Both the position numbers and the translations under genes were made by a program. A stretch of 64,000 nucleotides of DNA, taken from positions 115,382,001 through 115,446,000 of the forward strand of contig OX597814.1 of NCBI GenBank assembly GCA_951406725.2. Reading direction: 5' to 3'. Shown here one piece after another: positions 16,450-31,879 of this stretch. The notes beneath the pieces are model-generated. The model had not been told where the DNA came from and did no database searches. It saw only the letters and a list, made by a program, of their open reading frames with translations. The DNA is from Octopus vulgaris. Taxonomy: Eukaryota. Within the stretch, counting starts at the first letter, position 1; every line of letters begins with the position of its first letter.

Positions 16450-17903
16450 TACATGTGAGTTCTCTAGACATCCTAGTGGTTGAGGCTATACTCATGAAGT
16501 AATGTAGATAATTAAGTAACATAAACAGATTTCCAAAGTTCATTAAAGTTCTTTAAAGATGATGTACAGTCTTATCACAGAATTTAAAAAAAGTTTTAAT
16601 AGCATCACAGAGAAGGTGACTTAATCCATAGTGTACATATGAATTTCCAGAGATATGAGGAGGGATTACACACTCACAGACGACAAATTTATCCATTGCT
16701 AATCACAACGAGGTGGGTTTCAATTCCTGCTTATTAGCATTACAGAGAGGGTGAATTAATCCTTTGTATAGATGCACAATTTCCAATGGTGTAGATGTAA
16801 ATTTCCAGAGAAATGAAGAGGAATTTCATATTCACAGGCGATAAATTTATCAATGGTTGAACACAATGAGGTGGGTATCAATTCTTGCTATATGATTAGG
16901 TATTTGCCACATTAATCACATTACTGCTATTTTCAAGAGACTGTAGCTATTTAACTTATAAAGGCTGAAGGGCTTTCTGGAGAGGCAAAGAACAGAAAAG
17001 GGAAGGAAAGAGAGAAAATAAGGGGGAGGGAGCAAAAGGGGGGGGCTAGAAGAGAAGAGAAAAGGAAAAAGAAAAAAGAAAAAGAGAATAAGAAGAAGAA
17101 AAAAAGAGAAAAGAGAAAGAAATAGGGAAAGAAGGGAAAAAAAGAAAAAGAAAAAAGAGGGTTCTAGTTATACAGAAGAATTAGTAGACGGCAAGTCTGG
17201 TTTTAATTTACAGGCATCTAGGAACTAGAGGAGAATATTATTCTTTGACCAGTAAAACAGCTAATTTATTGCTGTCGAAAGCAGCTATGAATTTAAAGAG
17301 AATCTAAAGAGATAACATGGTCAGGGGTTTAGGGGTTTAGTGGTCAAAGGCTAAAATCAAAAGAAAATACATTAGGAAAATCTAAGTATAATCTTATCAA
17401 AAAGTCATTAAAATTTATTTATTTATTTTATTCATTTTACTGTCTTAAGGAGTTGCCGTTATTATTCATACATTGACGGACTACAGGTCAAATCTTAGAA
17501 GATCATTTACAAGGTGTTAGGGAATTGTCTATCATAATGAAGATAATCATATTATAACCGAGGGAGTAGCCTTATTTATTTAATTTTGAAATAGAATTAT
17601 GGGGCTTTAGTAACTCATTTTATTTTATTAAAGTTATGCTACTTAAATTAGATTAAGTTAAGAATTAAAATTAAAAATTAAAATTAAGATTTAAAAATTT
17701 AAAATTATGAGTTTGAAATTAAATAAAGCCTCAATTAAGCAGCGTATAAGTACTATTCATTTCCCTGTTCTCAAAAAAACTGATGCAGATATAAGGAAAA
17801 AGATAACTGTAGTGTGAGAACTCTTAGTTATCTACTTAAAGCAGTGCTATACTAGTAAAAATCAAGTTATATCTATCTATCTATCTAGTTACGACTATTC
17901 TAA

Positions 17904-18990
17904 TCATTTAAAATATTTTAAAGTCTTCAATTTAGCGTGGACACAAACTTGACCTAGTTCGATATGGTTATTCAATAAGTTTCTATGTTTTCTATGCTTT
18001 AGAATTTCATACGTCTCCATGGAGCATAGTTGGCAACCAACCCTGCTATTTTTATACGGAATTGCTCTCCTAACTATTTCCCAATTAAGGTTGTAATTAT
18101 TATTATTATTTTTGAGTTCCCAGATTTTGTTTGAAAGTGTGGTGGTACCAGCTTTATGACGTAATTTAAAAGACGAGATGTGATTTCTAACTCTGGCTAG
18201 AAAATTAATTGTACATCCAATGTAAAAATATTTGTTATTCTCCGTGGATATGGTACATTTATAGATTACATTATTTTCCCCGCATAGACCAGGTGCCGGG
18301 CATTTTGATTTTATTCTACACTTACACACAGGAGGAACAACTTCAGGTTTTGGATTATTCTTGGGTAGATGTCTTAGGTTCCTATTATTTTGATTATCAT
18401 GAGTATAATTGTCCTTATTGTTATTAATATTTCTATAGTTGGTGCTGATATCTAAAGTATTGCTATTATTTATTGATCCTTCTGTTTCATCTTTTAGGTC
18501 TAAAGTCCTACCATGATTTCTTATATTATTGGTAATGTTACTATTATTGTTAGTCTTTTTATCCGACTGCATATTGTTGCTATAGATATCACTGATATTT
18601 TCATTCTCCTTATTTTCTCCATTAGCCTTATTTCTATTATTTCTATTATTAACATTATTACTTCTATTAATATCGGTATTGTTATTATTACTATTAATGT
18701 TAATGTTATTAGTCATTCTGTGGTAACTAATTTCACCCATGTTTTGATAGTTACTATTGCTGTTTTTATTGTTGGTAGTAATATTATAATTGCTATTGGT
18801 ATTCATGCTGATATTATTATTTTTATGTCTATTTTTCCTGGCTAGTTTAATGTTGTTAGTATTAATCTTAGCTATTAAAGTGGACATATTTGGGAGGGTT
18901 GAATAAGAAATCCTAACTGTTTTCCTAGAAATAATTCTATGATATCTATGAGAGATTGGGAAATTTTTTTCCAGAATTACTTTTGTTATC
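17904..18990 (-). CDS. C-terminal part of a PLE ORF: linker, Asn-rich insert and GIY-YIG endonuclease (RT domain missing)
   Basis: KTVRISYSTLPNM..CKCRIKSKCPAPGLC..NVIYKC..YFYIGCT..RVRNHISSF..LSNKIWELK..CQLCSMETYEI..LLN..CVH. Confidence 0.85.
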
Positions 18991-19807
18991 TTTGACCGCT
19001 GGTCCCAAGGATCTTGGCTATGACAGCAAGTCCATTTATCTGTCTACTTGAAAACAAGCACTCATTCACGCACGCACACTCATTAGCACGTACACTCACT
19101 CATTCGTACACTCATACACATACACGCACGCACGCGTTATATTCATACATACATACATCTACATACATATACATATACACATCTACAATTTGTATCTACA
19201 CTCACATACATGCACATACACATAACTCTACATACCTACATATACATCGACATACTCGCGTACACTCATATATATACACATATATATACATATACACACA
19301 CACATACATATACATATACATATATATATATATAAATATATACATATATTTATACACATATATACATACATTTATACACATACACACACCCATATATATA
19401 TATACACACACATACATACATATACATACATACATATACAAATATACGCACACACATACATACATACACATATACACATACACGCACATACACATGTACA
19501 TGCGTACCCATACACACACACACACGCGCTTCCATATATACACACACACACATATACATGTGTGCAAACATACATACATACTCAGACATATGTATGTATG
19601 TATATGTATGTATGTGTGTGTATATATATATATGGGTGTGTGTATGTGTATAAATGTATGTATGTATGGATGTATGGATGTATGTATGTATGTATACGTA
19701 TGTATGTGTATGTGTGTATATGTATGTATGTGTATGTGTGTATATATATGTGTGTATATATGTTTGTGTGTATATATATATATATGTATATATATGTGTA
19801 TATATAG

Positions 19808-19841
<34 letters not shown>

Positions 19842-20243
19842 TTGTATGTAGGTGTATATGTATGTGTGTATATATATATTTATTGGTGTATATGTATAGA
19901 CTAGCCTTCTAAGAGTGTAGACATGAATCTGTAGGTACGCGTACGTATGTGTATATACGTGAATGTATGTAGATGTATGTATGTATGAATATAACGCGTG
20001 CGTGCGTGTATGTGTATGAGTGTACGAATGAGTGAGTGTACGTGCTAATGAGTGTGCGTGCGTGAATGAGTGCTTGTTTTCAAGTAGACAGATAAATGGA
20101 CTTGCTGTCATAGCCAAGATCCTTGGGACCAGCGGTCAAAGATAACAAAAGTAATAAATGAAGATAATAAAATTAAAATTAGGGAATGGGTCTGTATTTG
20201 TATGTATATATATGTGTGTATGTGTAGGTATGTATAGGTACAC

Positions 20244-20283
<40 letters not shown>

Positions 20284-20812
20284 ATGTATGTGTATGTATA
20301 TATATGTGTGTATGTGTATATATGTGTATATAGGGACTAGTGTGTGTGTGTGCATGTGTGTATGTGTGTATGTATATATATTTTTCTGTGTGTATATGTA
20401 TGTGTGGTCGTGTGTGTATATATACATGTGTGTATACGTGTATGCATGTGAGTGAGTATATATATATATATGTGTATGTGTAGATATGTATATGTATGTG
20501 TATGTGTATATATATGTATATGTGTGTGTGTGTATGTATGTGTGTATGTATATATGTATGTATGTGTGTGTATATAAGTATACATATGTGTATAGGTATA
20601 AGTGAGAATCTCCTTATTTACCTAAAACTCTATTCTTTTTTTTATATATATTTTTTTATTTTTTTATTTATTCTTTTATCTAATTTACCACTGACTCCTT
20701 GACCACTCCCCAAGTATGATATTTTGCGCTATGCCTACCCCCAAAAAGTCCCCCACCACCACCCCTTTAAACCTGCCTAAATGTATAAATGCCAATACAA
20801 TTCTTGTTAACT

Positions 20813-20863
20813 AGCTTCCTGAAGATTTCTCTTGAATGAAACAGTTCTAGTCCTGTAGAAGCT
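20813..20863 (+). ncRNA. Type I hammerhead ribozyme
   Basis: AGCTTC CTGAAGA TTTCTCTTGAAT GAAA CAG-TTCTAGTC-CTG TA GAAGCT. 6-bp stem I and GUA cleavage triplet; stem II is weak. Confidence 0.75.
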
Positions 20864-20946
20864 CCTTCTATATAATAAATTAATTTTACTCTGCTATGTA
20901 TTGAGTACCTTATTTACTGTGGTTAACCCCGAATCAACCCGGGACC

Positions 20947-21005
<59 letters not shown>

Positions 21006-21006
21006 G

Positions 21007-21062
<56 letters not shown>

Positions 21063-21343
21063 TATGTATGTATATGTATATATATATATATATGTATATG
21101 TATATATATATATATGTGTATGTATATGTATATATATATATATATATATGTATATGTATATATATATATATGTATGTATATGTATATATATATATATATA
21201 TATGTATGTATATGTATATATATATATATGTATGTATATGTATATATATATATATATGTATGTATATGTATATATATATATATGTATGTATATATAAATA
21301 TATATATATATATAATATATATATCATCATATATATATGTATG

Positions 21344-21385
<42 letters not shown>

Positions 21386-21400
21386 CATCATATATATATG

Positions 21401-21453
<53 letters not shown>

Positions 21454-21464
21454 GCGAGTATGAT

Positions 21465-21725
21465 AGAAGAAGGCTAACTCTTTCTTTCGTAGAAGAAAAA
21501 AATTCAATCGGACCATGTTAACACCAAAAATTATTTACATCAAAAAGGTGCCTTTTTTTCTATGAAAATCCCTATTTTTTACGATGTTTTGACTGCTGTG
21601 TCGCCATTTTTCGGTGTATTTCACTTAAAGAGAATAACAAGCTACATACTGCTAAATTTTTACTTTTCAAAAATTCCAATTCTAAAGGGTCTAAACAAAC
21701 CGCAACGCCGGGCGATACTGCTAGT
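21465..21725 (+). mobile_element. Non-autonomous Helitron 3' part
   Basis: Ends GCAACGCCGGGCGATACTG-CTAG|T; homologous to 63098-63380. Confidence 0.7.
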
Positions 21726-21856
21726 ATATATATATATAGTAGGCTTAATAAGATATGCATTATTTTCTAAATCCACTCTGCCACAAATATAACATAGGGA
21801 AACAATGTAATTATTGTAATAAGTTTGGTTTCTGGTATTGGTATAAAATATACAGA

Positions 21857-21931
<75 letters not shown>

Positions 21932-23239
21932 TAGCAGACAGACAGATTTTACTGTTCCGTAAGATCAAAAAAGGTACTCCATAGTGAGGAATAAGTATCA
22001 TTTAATGCACTTTATTGAAATGAGAGCTACTGATAGGCTTTACTTTTTCTTTGCTTTGAAGACGTGTCTAGACATGTTTTTATAATTCGCCCTGAGTCGC
22101 CACGCAAATCATGGGGCTTTGAGCACGTGGTTTATTCTGTTTGAAAATTGGGACGCTGGCATATCAAAAATCACCTGAATAAACGAGAGGGTTGAAGCAA
22201 AAAGTGGAAGAGTGAATAAAAACCAATAGAAGAAAATATAAAAGAAAATTGGAGTTACGCCCCCTTTAAGACCATACAGGTCGTAATTAAACTAGTTGTA
22301 GAATTATTCAACGGAGAGGGAGTCCAAAGTCTGCAAAACAGCTGCTAAATTCGGAGAGGGTGGTGCCCTCCAGTTCGTCAAATGAAAATTGTTCATATTC
22401 TTGCATTTGCAGAAAATTTGGGATCTGGAATTAAGTAGTGCGGTGGAATTCTTAGATCTAAAAAGAATGGGTGATCTTTCAGCAACGCCTTAAGTTGTGT
22501 TTCTTGCATCAATTTACATCATTAGCTGCCACTTTTCGATTTCTATAATTCTTGTTCCAACTGATTTCATATTTGGTACATTGTTGTAGTTTGGTATAGT
22601 AATCATTGACATGGAATTCATTTTTTGCCATAAATCCATAAATAAAAAGTTGATAGCTTTAAAAGTTTGAAAATTTGGGGTAATTTTAACCAATTAAAAA
22701 CCACAGACGTATAGGTCCCTGTTTCCATAGTAACAACCAAAGCTATCACCAAAGTACTGTCCTGTTCTATCAAGCCGTGTAGTCATTTTTCGCTTATTAA
22801 ATACTTAAAACACGAGATGTGAGGTGGTCGTGAGGTGTGCTAAAAATAACAGCTAAAGAGGCTTTAAATCACGCACCAAAACGTTTTTGTAGAATACAAA
22901 TTCGCAAAAAGTTTCTAAAAATTCTAAAAACTTAAAAAGTTATGAGGGGTTTTATGTCGAGCGCAAAGCAGAATTCCGGCAGTATCTCATGTGTTTATAG
23001 TTGACAACACGTGAAGTCACGCACAAAATAACAGCTTCCAAATTCAGTTTTCTGACTGTGTAAGAATTATCAAACTTTAAACCGCTATAACTATTTAAAA
23101 TTTTTTTCCTGTAGAAAGTGAATTAGTCCCTGAGATTCAGCATGGAAAATCACATCAATACGCCAATTTTTTAAATTTTTACTAAGCTTTGAAATTTCCA
23201 CTGGCGCAGCCAAACAGAAAAAAATCCCATATGGCATTA

Positions 23240-23765
23240 GATTTCTCTATGTTTCTCCACTTGATTGCATGTGGTGTGCAGTTGGTCTTCAAATCCCATA
23301 CGTGGTTAGCCACCTTACTGATTTTACTTTCGTCAATGTGCCGGAAAAAAGTTTTCTGGTTTGCATAGCGTCTTTTGAAATTGCTTTCGCATAGACCTAT
23401 GTATTCTTTTTATTATCAGTTAGCTTGTGTTGAAGCATTGCTGTGACTTCTGCCTCATAGTCGACAGAGTTTATCATACGCGCCAGGTCAAGTGGGCTAT
23501 TTCCAGGGTTTCGACAGTTGTAACTGGGAGTAGGCACTTGTTGAGTCTTAGGAGTTATTATGTTCTTCATATTGGAGCATGATATTTCAATTGGGCGTCT
23601 GTTAAAAATCTTCTTATGTATATGGTTTACTAGGAAATGTTTATCTAAAGGAGACAGGAATTTCTTGCCTACATTAGTTTTAACATTCGTGGAGAAAGAG
23701 GAGACGAACCATATTATTTTCCTAGGTCTATTTTTTTGGTCTGTTTTCAGGTCTGTTTTCAAGAT
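23240..23765 (-). pseudogene. Degenerate Penelope-like GIY-YIG region, same general type as 17904-18990
   Basis: RKIIWF..NVKTNVGKKFL..LDKHF..KIFNR..YNCRN, then in another frame YIGLCESNFKRRYAN..ANHVWDLK..IKW. Confidence 0.8.
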
Positions 23766-24853
23766 TCATATTTTTACTTGAAGAATTGTAATGTATCTTA
23801 TCTTAGATAAGATATATTACATCCTTAAGCGCTCTGTGGAAATTGAACCCGGCTAATTGCATACGGCAACCCATACAAGTTGTATGTGTTATCATTCATT
23901 TTTGTAACAGGTGCAATTTGTAAATTCGAAGCATATCACCATTTACTTTCGGTGTATTAATCACTAAGTATATTAGGAAAAACATAGAGAATGAACAAGC
24001 ATTATGATGATTTGCCTAAATGAATTGTTCATAATACATACTTCATTCTGTATCTTTTCCTGTGTATGTGCGTGTGTGTGTGTGTGTGTGTTAGGCAAGA
24101 AATAAAGTCCTGTTGCATTTTTAACATGATCACAATGAATGTACTGTTTCAATACTTACATTACAATAAGCATTGATCTTTACGTTCTAATGTTTGTTTT
24201 TTCCCCTTTCTTTGCAGATTCCTTTATTTCATAGTGGTTAACTTCGTATCGATTTTACCCTTTTAAAATGAGTATATATTAGTCCCCATATCAGACACGG
24301 TATGAATTCAAAAGGGGTTCTTAAGCAATGGGAACAGCAAGAAATATTCGTTCTGACTATGGAAACGACGCGTTTGGTATCCAGACATGACAGCAATGGA
24401 TCGACCAGTTTCACTCGGGAAAATTTTCTCTCGCAGATTCCTTCGTTCTTGACGACCAAATTCTGTCAATACTGAGTTTCTAATAACCGTTGTTGAGGAA
24501 AATTTAAAATCTCTTACCCTTATATAGCAATATGCATACATACATACATACATACATACATACATACATACATACATACATGCATGCATGCATGCATATA
24601 TGTACATACGTGTGTGTATGAGTGTGTGTGTGTGTGCGTGTGTGTGCATATGCGTGTATGTGTGTGCATAAATTAATCGGGTAAGAGACTTTAAGTGAAG
24701 TGAGTGAATAAATGTTTATTTCATCAGTTTACGGCACTTTCATAACAGACGTTACATCACCATTCATGCGTATATATAATATACATAAATGTACACCCAT
24801 ATGTACAGAGAGAGAGAGACACACAGACACACATGCACACACACACATTATAA

Positions 24854-24943
<90 letters not shown>

Positions 24944-25052
24944 ACAAAATGGGACAAGAACGCAAAACATCCAGAAGACGATGCAAAAAATACGGATGGG
25001 TCATTCGAAGCCTTTAATCTTCAGTCAAGAAACGGTATCCTCGCAATTTCGG

Positions 25053-25102
<50 letters not shown>

Positions 25103-25108
25103 TAGTGG

Positions 25109-25144
<36 letters not shown>

Positions 25145-25518
25145 TTACTCTACCACTGGTATTTGAGTACTCTTTTTTCCACCTTGTTTCACATTTATGT
25201 GTTTACTCCGGTATATATATATATATATATATATATGAATGAGTGGACAAACGAAAGAAGGAAGAGGTACTCATCACATTTAGTTACATATATAATTACT
25301 TAAAACCGTTTGATCTTGCTACATGCAACTTATATTTTCGTAGGTTCGTCACGGGAAGCTGTCTCGTGCGAACCCCTTTGCTCGACGAGTCCACGAAACT
25401 CTAGTTTGCATGGGACTGAATCAAAATGTTTTATGTAATAATACACACGCCTACACTTACGCAAATATATGTGTCTGTGCATATACATACATGCATAAAT
25501 ACATAAATACATATTTAT

Positions 25519-25549
<31 letters not shown>

Positions 25550-25651
25550 AATATATGTATGAATATATATATATATATATATATACATATTACGGAGATG
25601 TACTTGCATAGCAAGTGATTTTATCTGAGATCGTGTGCTGAAACGAAAACG

Positions 25652-25931
25652 ATTGTAGCGTGGAAGGTGTTTGTAAGCCATTTAAGAAACACACAAAAGC
25701 CGTTCGATTCACTTCAACATTTAAGTTTAATTTGTCAAAATATTTTCGTCGCTTTAAGACCGCGACCTATTCACTGACAAAAATTCGTGCTGCACGAAGT
25801 TTTGTCAGTGAACAGGTCGCGTGTCTTAAAGCGACGAAAATATTTTGACAAATTAAACTTAAATGTTGAAGTGAATCGAACGGCTTTTGTGTGCTTCTTA
25901 AATGGCTTACAAACACCTTCCACGCTGCAAT
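25652..25931. mobile_element. Fold-back MITE-like palindrome
   Basis: Two near-perfect inverted arms of about 140 bp, centred near 25791. Confidence 0.8.
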
Positions 25932-26899
25932 TGTTATATATACATGTATTAGCGTGACGCTCGGGAGAAATGCCGCTAAGCATTTCATCCGGCACACTAA
26001 CAATTCTGCCATGGTTTCAAATTGTGGCACAAGGCAAACATTTTCGGAGGAGGGAAAGTCAATTACAACTGATATTTCTCAATCCGAAAGGGTAGGAGGT
26101 AAAATCGGACTTAGCGGAATTTGAACTCAAAACCTAAAACTGGAAATAATGGTTTCCTCACTACCACCACCACATACACACGCAAACGATTCTGCCAGCT
26201 CGCAAATATTACAAACTTTCCCACATCAGGATGAACAAATCCCATCTGTATAATTAACATAACTGGTCCGGTATCTCTGGAGCAAGGAACACATCTTGTT
26301 TTAATGTCAATGACGCCAAAATTGTCCCACTTTTCACCAAAGTTTCAAACAAATAAAAAACAGATTTCAAAAGCTTAAAAATACTTCGGAAAACTCCATT
26401 CAACCATAATTTGTTTAGCAACAACAACATAAACGACAGCAAAAACAACAACCTCTACTTAGCTCTGACCTTTGTGACCTTGTGGCTACCCAATCCATCG
26501 CTGCTATCACAGCACATTCTTTTCGCTCTCCATACTCCTCCGACAACCGAACCTATTAAGCCATCAGCATCGTCGTCTTTGCTGTCGTTGTTGCTACCAC
26601 CACCATCATTACCATCTACGGTTGCTTCTGTCACTACTACTACTATCTCCACCAGCAAGAATGAAACTTCTCCGCCACCCCGTTCTGTTTACTACATTAT
26701 CAAACATGTCTAACACATTACCCCCACCCCAAGCCACAATCTACCCGCTTCCACAATAACATTACCAAAATCAAGCATCTCAAACGCATCTATAAGCATA
26801 GAGTTACTCTACACCAGAGGTCGATGAACTGGGGAAAATTACTCCAAGTGGAGTAAAGATGAAATTCTTGCGACTAATGAGAACTCATTAGACATAATT

Positions 26900-27610
<711 letters not shown>

Positions 27611-27998
27611 CTATAAATAAAATTATATATATAAAAAAAAAACGTGTTCCTTATCATGACAGACACTTTTCTTCTGGCAACATTGCATCTGCCGACTGTA
27701 ATGGACGTGTAAATAGATTCATAAAAATACATTCAATAAACCTTTTGAATTCAAAGAATCTATGATTTTCTTCATTTCAACTGAAGAGGGTAATGTCGGG
27801 TTAAATAAATATATTTTGGGGCAATTGGTTAAAATATTCTCACCAATTTCTGCTCTACGCTGTACACATACTAATGACAAGGAACCCCAAAATTTGTCAC
27901 TTTTCCCTACGCAACAAAGCTTGCCTTTCACATCCACTTCCCAGATACTAGAAGCACTCTCAAGAAACAAAGTACTAACCAAAATCAATATCAAGGTA

Positions 27999-28283
27999 CA
28001 GTAATCTCTCGTCATATCGCGGTTCACCTATCACAGTTCATCTATCGCGGTTCACATATCGCGGTTTACTTATCGCGGTTCGCCTGTCGCATCTTATTAT
28101 TTAAGCTTACGTCGATTCCTCCGAGGTGTTGTTTTGCAAAATAAATATATACAAATTATAGAAATATATACAAATTATAGAAATATTTTTTTTTAAATAT
28201 ACAGTACTGCTTCTACTTCGCAGATTTTCACATATTGCGGAGTGTTTTGGAACGTAACACTCGCGATAGTCGAGGGATTGCTG
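27999..28283. mobile_element. Tc1/pogo-type MITE
   Basis: Terminal inverted repeats (TIRs) CAGTAATCTCTCG / CGAGGGATTGCTG, TA TSDs, internal TATCGCGGTTCAC tandem units. Confidence 0.8.
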
Positions 28284-28304
28284 TACCTTTAAAAACGATG
28301 CTGA

Positions 28305-29812
28305 CGGACGTCGGAGATAGGTAGCGCCGACAAGTTGGAATTTCTCCGTTTTGACGGGGATTTTTCAGATTTTTTCTTCAGGGTGCCCTTGGAAATGATC
28401 TGAAGCATCTTTTTAACCAAAACAAAAAATGTTTCGAAAAATGCTTTTTTTTAAACCCACCCACCTCCAATTTCCCCTCTATGGACCGATTTTGGTCGAT
28501 TTTTTGGGCACTGCGCACGTTGATTTTAGGGAGCACTACGCACTTAAAAGCTATAGAAGCCTTTTCGGTTAAAAAAAAAAGAAAAAGTTAATGTTTTCAG
28601 ACGAAAAGGTGTGATTAAGGGGAGATTTGGCAGTTGTTTCTAGCATAGCATATCCCATAGCCAGCTTCCTCGTTTCTTTCTCACTCTGTCAAGTATTGAT
28701 ATTTTTCAATATTTTCTCTCCATTAATAGTATAAACGTATTTACGCAATTGAAAAATACTTTTTTAAAAATTTATGATTTTTATCAACCCTAAACCTTAC
28801 CGGTCAGAGGATATGCTAGAAATAATAGCCAAATTTCCCTCAAATCACACACCTTTTCGTCTGAAAATAGTTACTTTTTTTATACTGCAAAGGCTTCTCC
28901 TACAGTTTTTTAAGTCCGTAGTGCCCACAAAATTAACCAAAATCGATTCGGAGTGGGACAGTAGAGGTTTTGTTAAAGAGAAGCGGATCTTTTCTGTTTG
29001 GTTGCCAATATTCAATTTCTTTAATTCCTGCTCGAATTGATTTCATATTCGGTATAATTATATGCTAATCAATGCCTTGAAATTCATTTTCGTTAAAAAT
29101 CAATTAATAAAGAGTTGATTAATTGCTTTTAAAGTTTGCAAATTTTGGGTAATTTTGGCCAATCGTAAGCCACAGACGCATTCATGCCTGTTTCCATAGT
29201 AACAAGCCAAGCAAGAGAACTCTTTTGTCTGCGAGGCAGCACGTGTTGACAAATATATTCTATTCCCTGAAGTGGTGCTGAGATGTGCTAAAAATAACAG
29301 CTAAATAGGCTTTGAATCACGCACCCCCAAATATTTTGTTTTTTGGTTTTTGCATAATCGTATGAATTCCCGTGTGTAGAATGCAAATTCGCAAACATTT
29401 TCTGAAAATACCAAAAAATAAAGAAAATAATGAGGGTTTATATGGCGGGCATAAAGCAGAATTCCGTCAGTATTTCATTTGTTTACGGTTGACAACACGT
29501 ATTGTCACGCACAAAATGACAACTTCCAAATCCTGTTTTCTGACTGGGTGGAAATTATCAGACTTTAAACATCTATAACTTTTTTTTAAAAAAGCTTTCT
29601 GGAAAATGTGAAATACTTCCTCAGATGCAGCATGGAAAACTACATTAATGTATCAAATTTTAAAATTTTCGATAAACCTTGAATTTTCAAAAATTGGCAA
29701 CTAACTGAAAGATGCTTCAGGTCATTTCCAAAAGCACCGTGAATAATATACTGAAAAATCCCCGTCAAAACAGAAATTCTAACTTGTTGGTGCTACCTAT
29801 CTCTGACGTCCG
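28305..29812. mobile_element. Non-autonomous DNA transposon with TIRs of about 105 bp and nested inverted repeats
   Basis: CGGACGTCGGAGATAGGTAGCGCC.. / ..GGTGCTACCTATCTCTGACGTCCG. Internal segment 29030-29690 is homologous to 22560-23200. Confidence 0.75.
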
Positions 29813-31879
29813 CCCTAATATGTATTTTCTCACAATAAATTTAGCCCCACGAAACCTGCTCCCACATGTAAGATGAAGCCCCACTACTGCTTCAGTGACA
29901 CTATTCTTTGCTACAGCAATGCTGGTCTATTTTCTTCATGCAAATCAGGAAACAAAAAAACAATTAGAAGAAACACCACAGCCACAGCAGCTTTTGTCGC
30001 CAACTGTCCACTATCTAAAGAAAACCCTTTTTAACTATGCTGGATCTAGCGGAGGAGATCCAGAGAAGCGTTCTTGGTATGACACATCAATCATTATTGT
30101 TGTTGCAGTAGCAACAACATGAACAACAACAAAAACAACAGCAGAAACAACAACCTCTACTTGGCTCTGACCCTCGAGACTTTATGTCAACTCAACCCAC
30201 CACTGCTATCAGCCAGGTGTCTCAATGCAAGATGTGCTCTTAGTGCCGCCAATTAACAGCAACGAGAACAGTTTACGGTCATTGAAGTTACCTTAGCAAC
30301 AACAATACTACTAAATATTCAAATGATCGGTCCATCTATAAATAAAGAAAAATGGGGACATGCATATATTAAGAGCTGGATTATCGATCACCCAAATCAC
30401 TCCCTTTTAACGTTCTAACCAAGACACGTCTCAAAAACTTCCACTTCGATACCTAAGTGAAAGTTTTGGAGGTGGAGAGTTTACTATCATTCATGAGACT
30501 CGCGCTGGTGAAAGAAAGTGGGGATGTTACTATTTTTTCCCTAGTTCCCTTATCGCTGATGTAAAGGGCGCATTTCCAATGCCTATTGTGACTTAGTGTC
30601 CTTAATCAACAAAGTCAATGATCTCTCGTTAATTGGGCTCTATTGATCTTCTCAAGCATCTCTGTAATTCTGGCAACATTAATGATGGATGGCTTCAACT
30701 TTTCCTTTGTGGATTGGCTACGAAATACCCTGAAACCAGGAGTTTGCATCTCAACCTCGGACAGAACAGCAGTAGAAACACTTCTCAAATTCAAACTCGT
30801 GCTTAAGCAAGAAAAGCGCCTTGGATCTAATGCTGAACAAGCATGCTTGCATTATTCATTAAATCACAGCCGAATCCCGTAACTGGGCAACTATTTGGAG
30901 ATACTGTTACATCCATATGCAAACCACACTTTAACACGACCCACCAGCTACAATAAATGCAAACTCTCAAGTGAAATAAAAACTTCATCAGAAAAATAAA
31001 GAGAACCAGCGAAAAAAAAAAAATCGGTTTTAATATTGCCAACAGCAGCAGCCCCCTTTAGGGTCAGTAACTACACTTGAGTCGAAAAAAAACACCTGCA
31101 GAACTTCATAAGGACTCTCATTAAAGGTTATACAAATTGAAACAACACAAAATCCCTAATTCAAATAATATCGGGAATTTGGGTGACTGTGGACAACCTC
31201 GACTGAGGTGTGTGGGGTACATCAACAATAAAGTCGATATGGCTCGCAGAATATGTTCATGGATCCTTAGGGCTTTCAGGTCCCAGAGTTCTTGATATCT
31301 CCATTGTCCTCTTCTCTACGATTGTTAGGTCACACTTTTGAATATTGCTTCCTACTGCGGTCTCTGTACACAACGCAAAACATTATGAGATTATGTCGAA
31401 ATTTGATGTGAAAAAGAAGATGGGAGGGGGTGTAATCCATACACGTCGACTTTGTTTCCTCATACGTTTTGATATCGATCGCAATTATGCTGAAAAGAAA
31501 TTTTAAGACTATTCTACGCACCCATCCCGCTTGGAATGTTTTGAATGGATATTTTTTATCAAAATGAAACCTTCCAGTCATAATTGTAATGTATACAATC
31601 TGAAAAGTACTTGTACAAAATTTTTTTAAAGAAATATGCATTTTCCAGAGAGTTATCAGGAAACAAAACCGTGATGTGTGAAGTCTCTGAAATTCCTCAC
31701 CACCACCACTCACCAACCACACACGCGAAAAGTTATTTTTTTCTTTTCTTGTTCACAACAAATTCCGACATAATGCCAACCGGCACAATCTCAATCGGAT
31801 CTCCGGAGAATTTCATTAAAAGAAAACTAATTTCATAAACAGAATCTCGAGTACACATCTATAAAAGGGCAAAATGAAA

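Larger units (their letters stand above)
16317..20950 (-). mobile_element. 5'-truncated Penelope-like retroelement with an inverted 5' segment, embedded in (TA)n
   Basis: GIY-YIG ORF, HHR near each end, about 190-bp inverted repeat (18977-19170 / 19963-20155), (TA)n on both flanks. Confidence 0.75.

Noticed and set aside
17904-18887. Domesticated stand-alone nuclease gene or selenoprotein
   Set aside because: The frame continues upstream of the Met as PLE linker and is cut by an inversion. There is no internal TGA and no SECIS was recognised.
25375-25412. CTCGACGAGTCCACGAAACTCTAG, HHR-like
   Set aside because: Core insertion and no convincing stem I.
29820-31330. Possible LINE-derived coding remnants
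   Set aside because: Too decayed to delimit by eye; only weak similarity to the CR1/L2-group LINE near 31240-31290.
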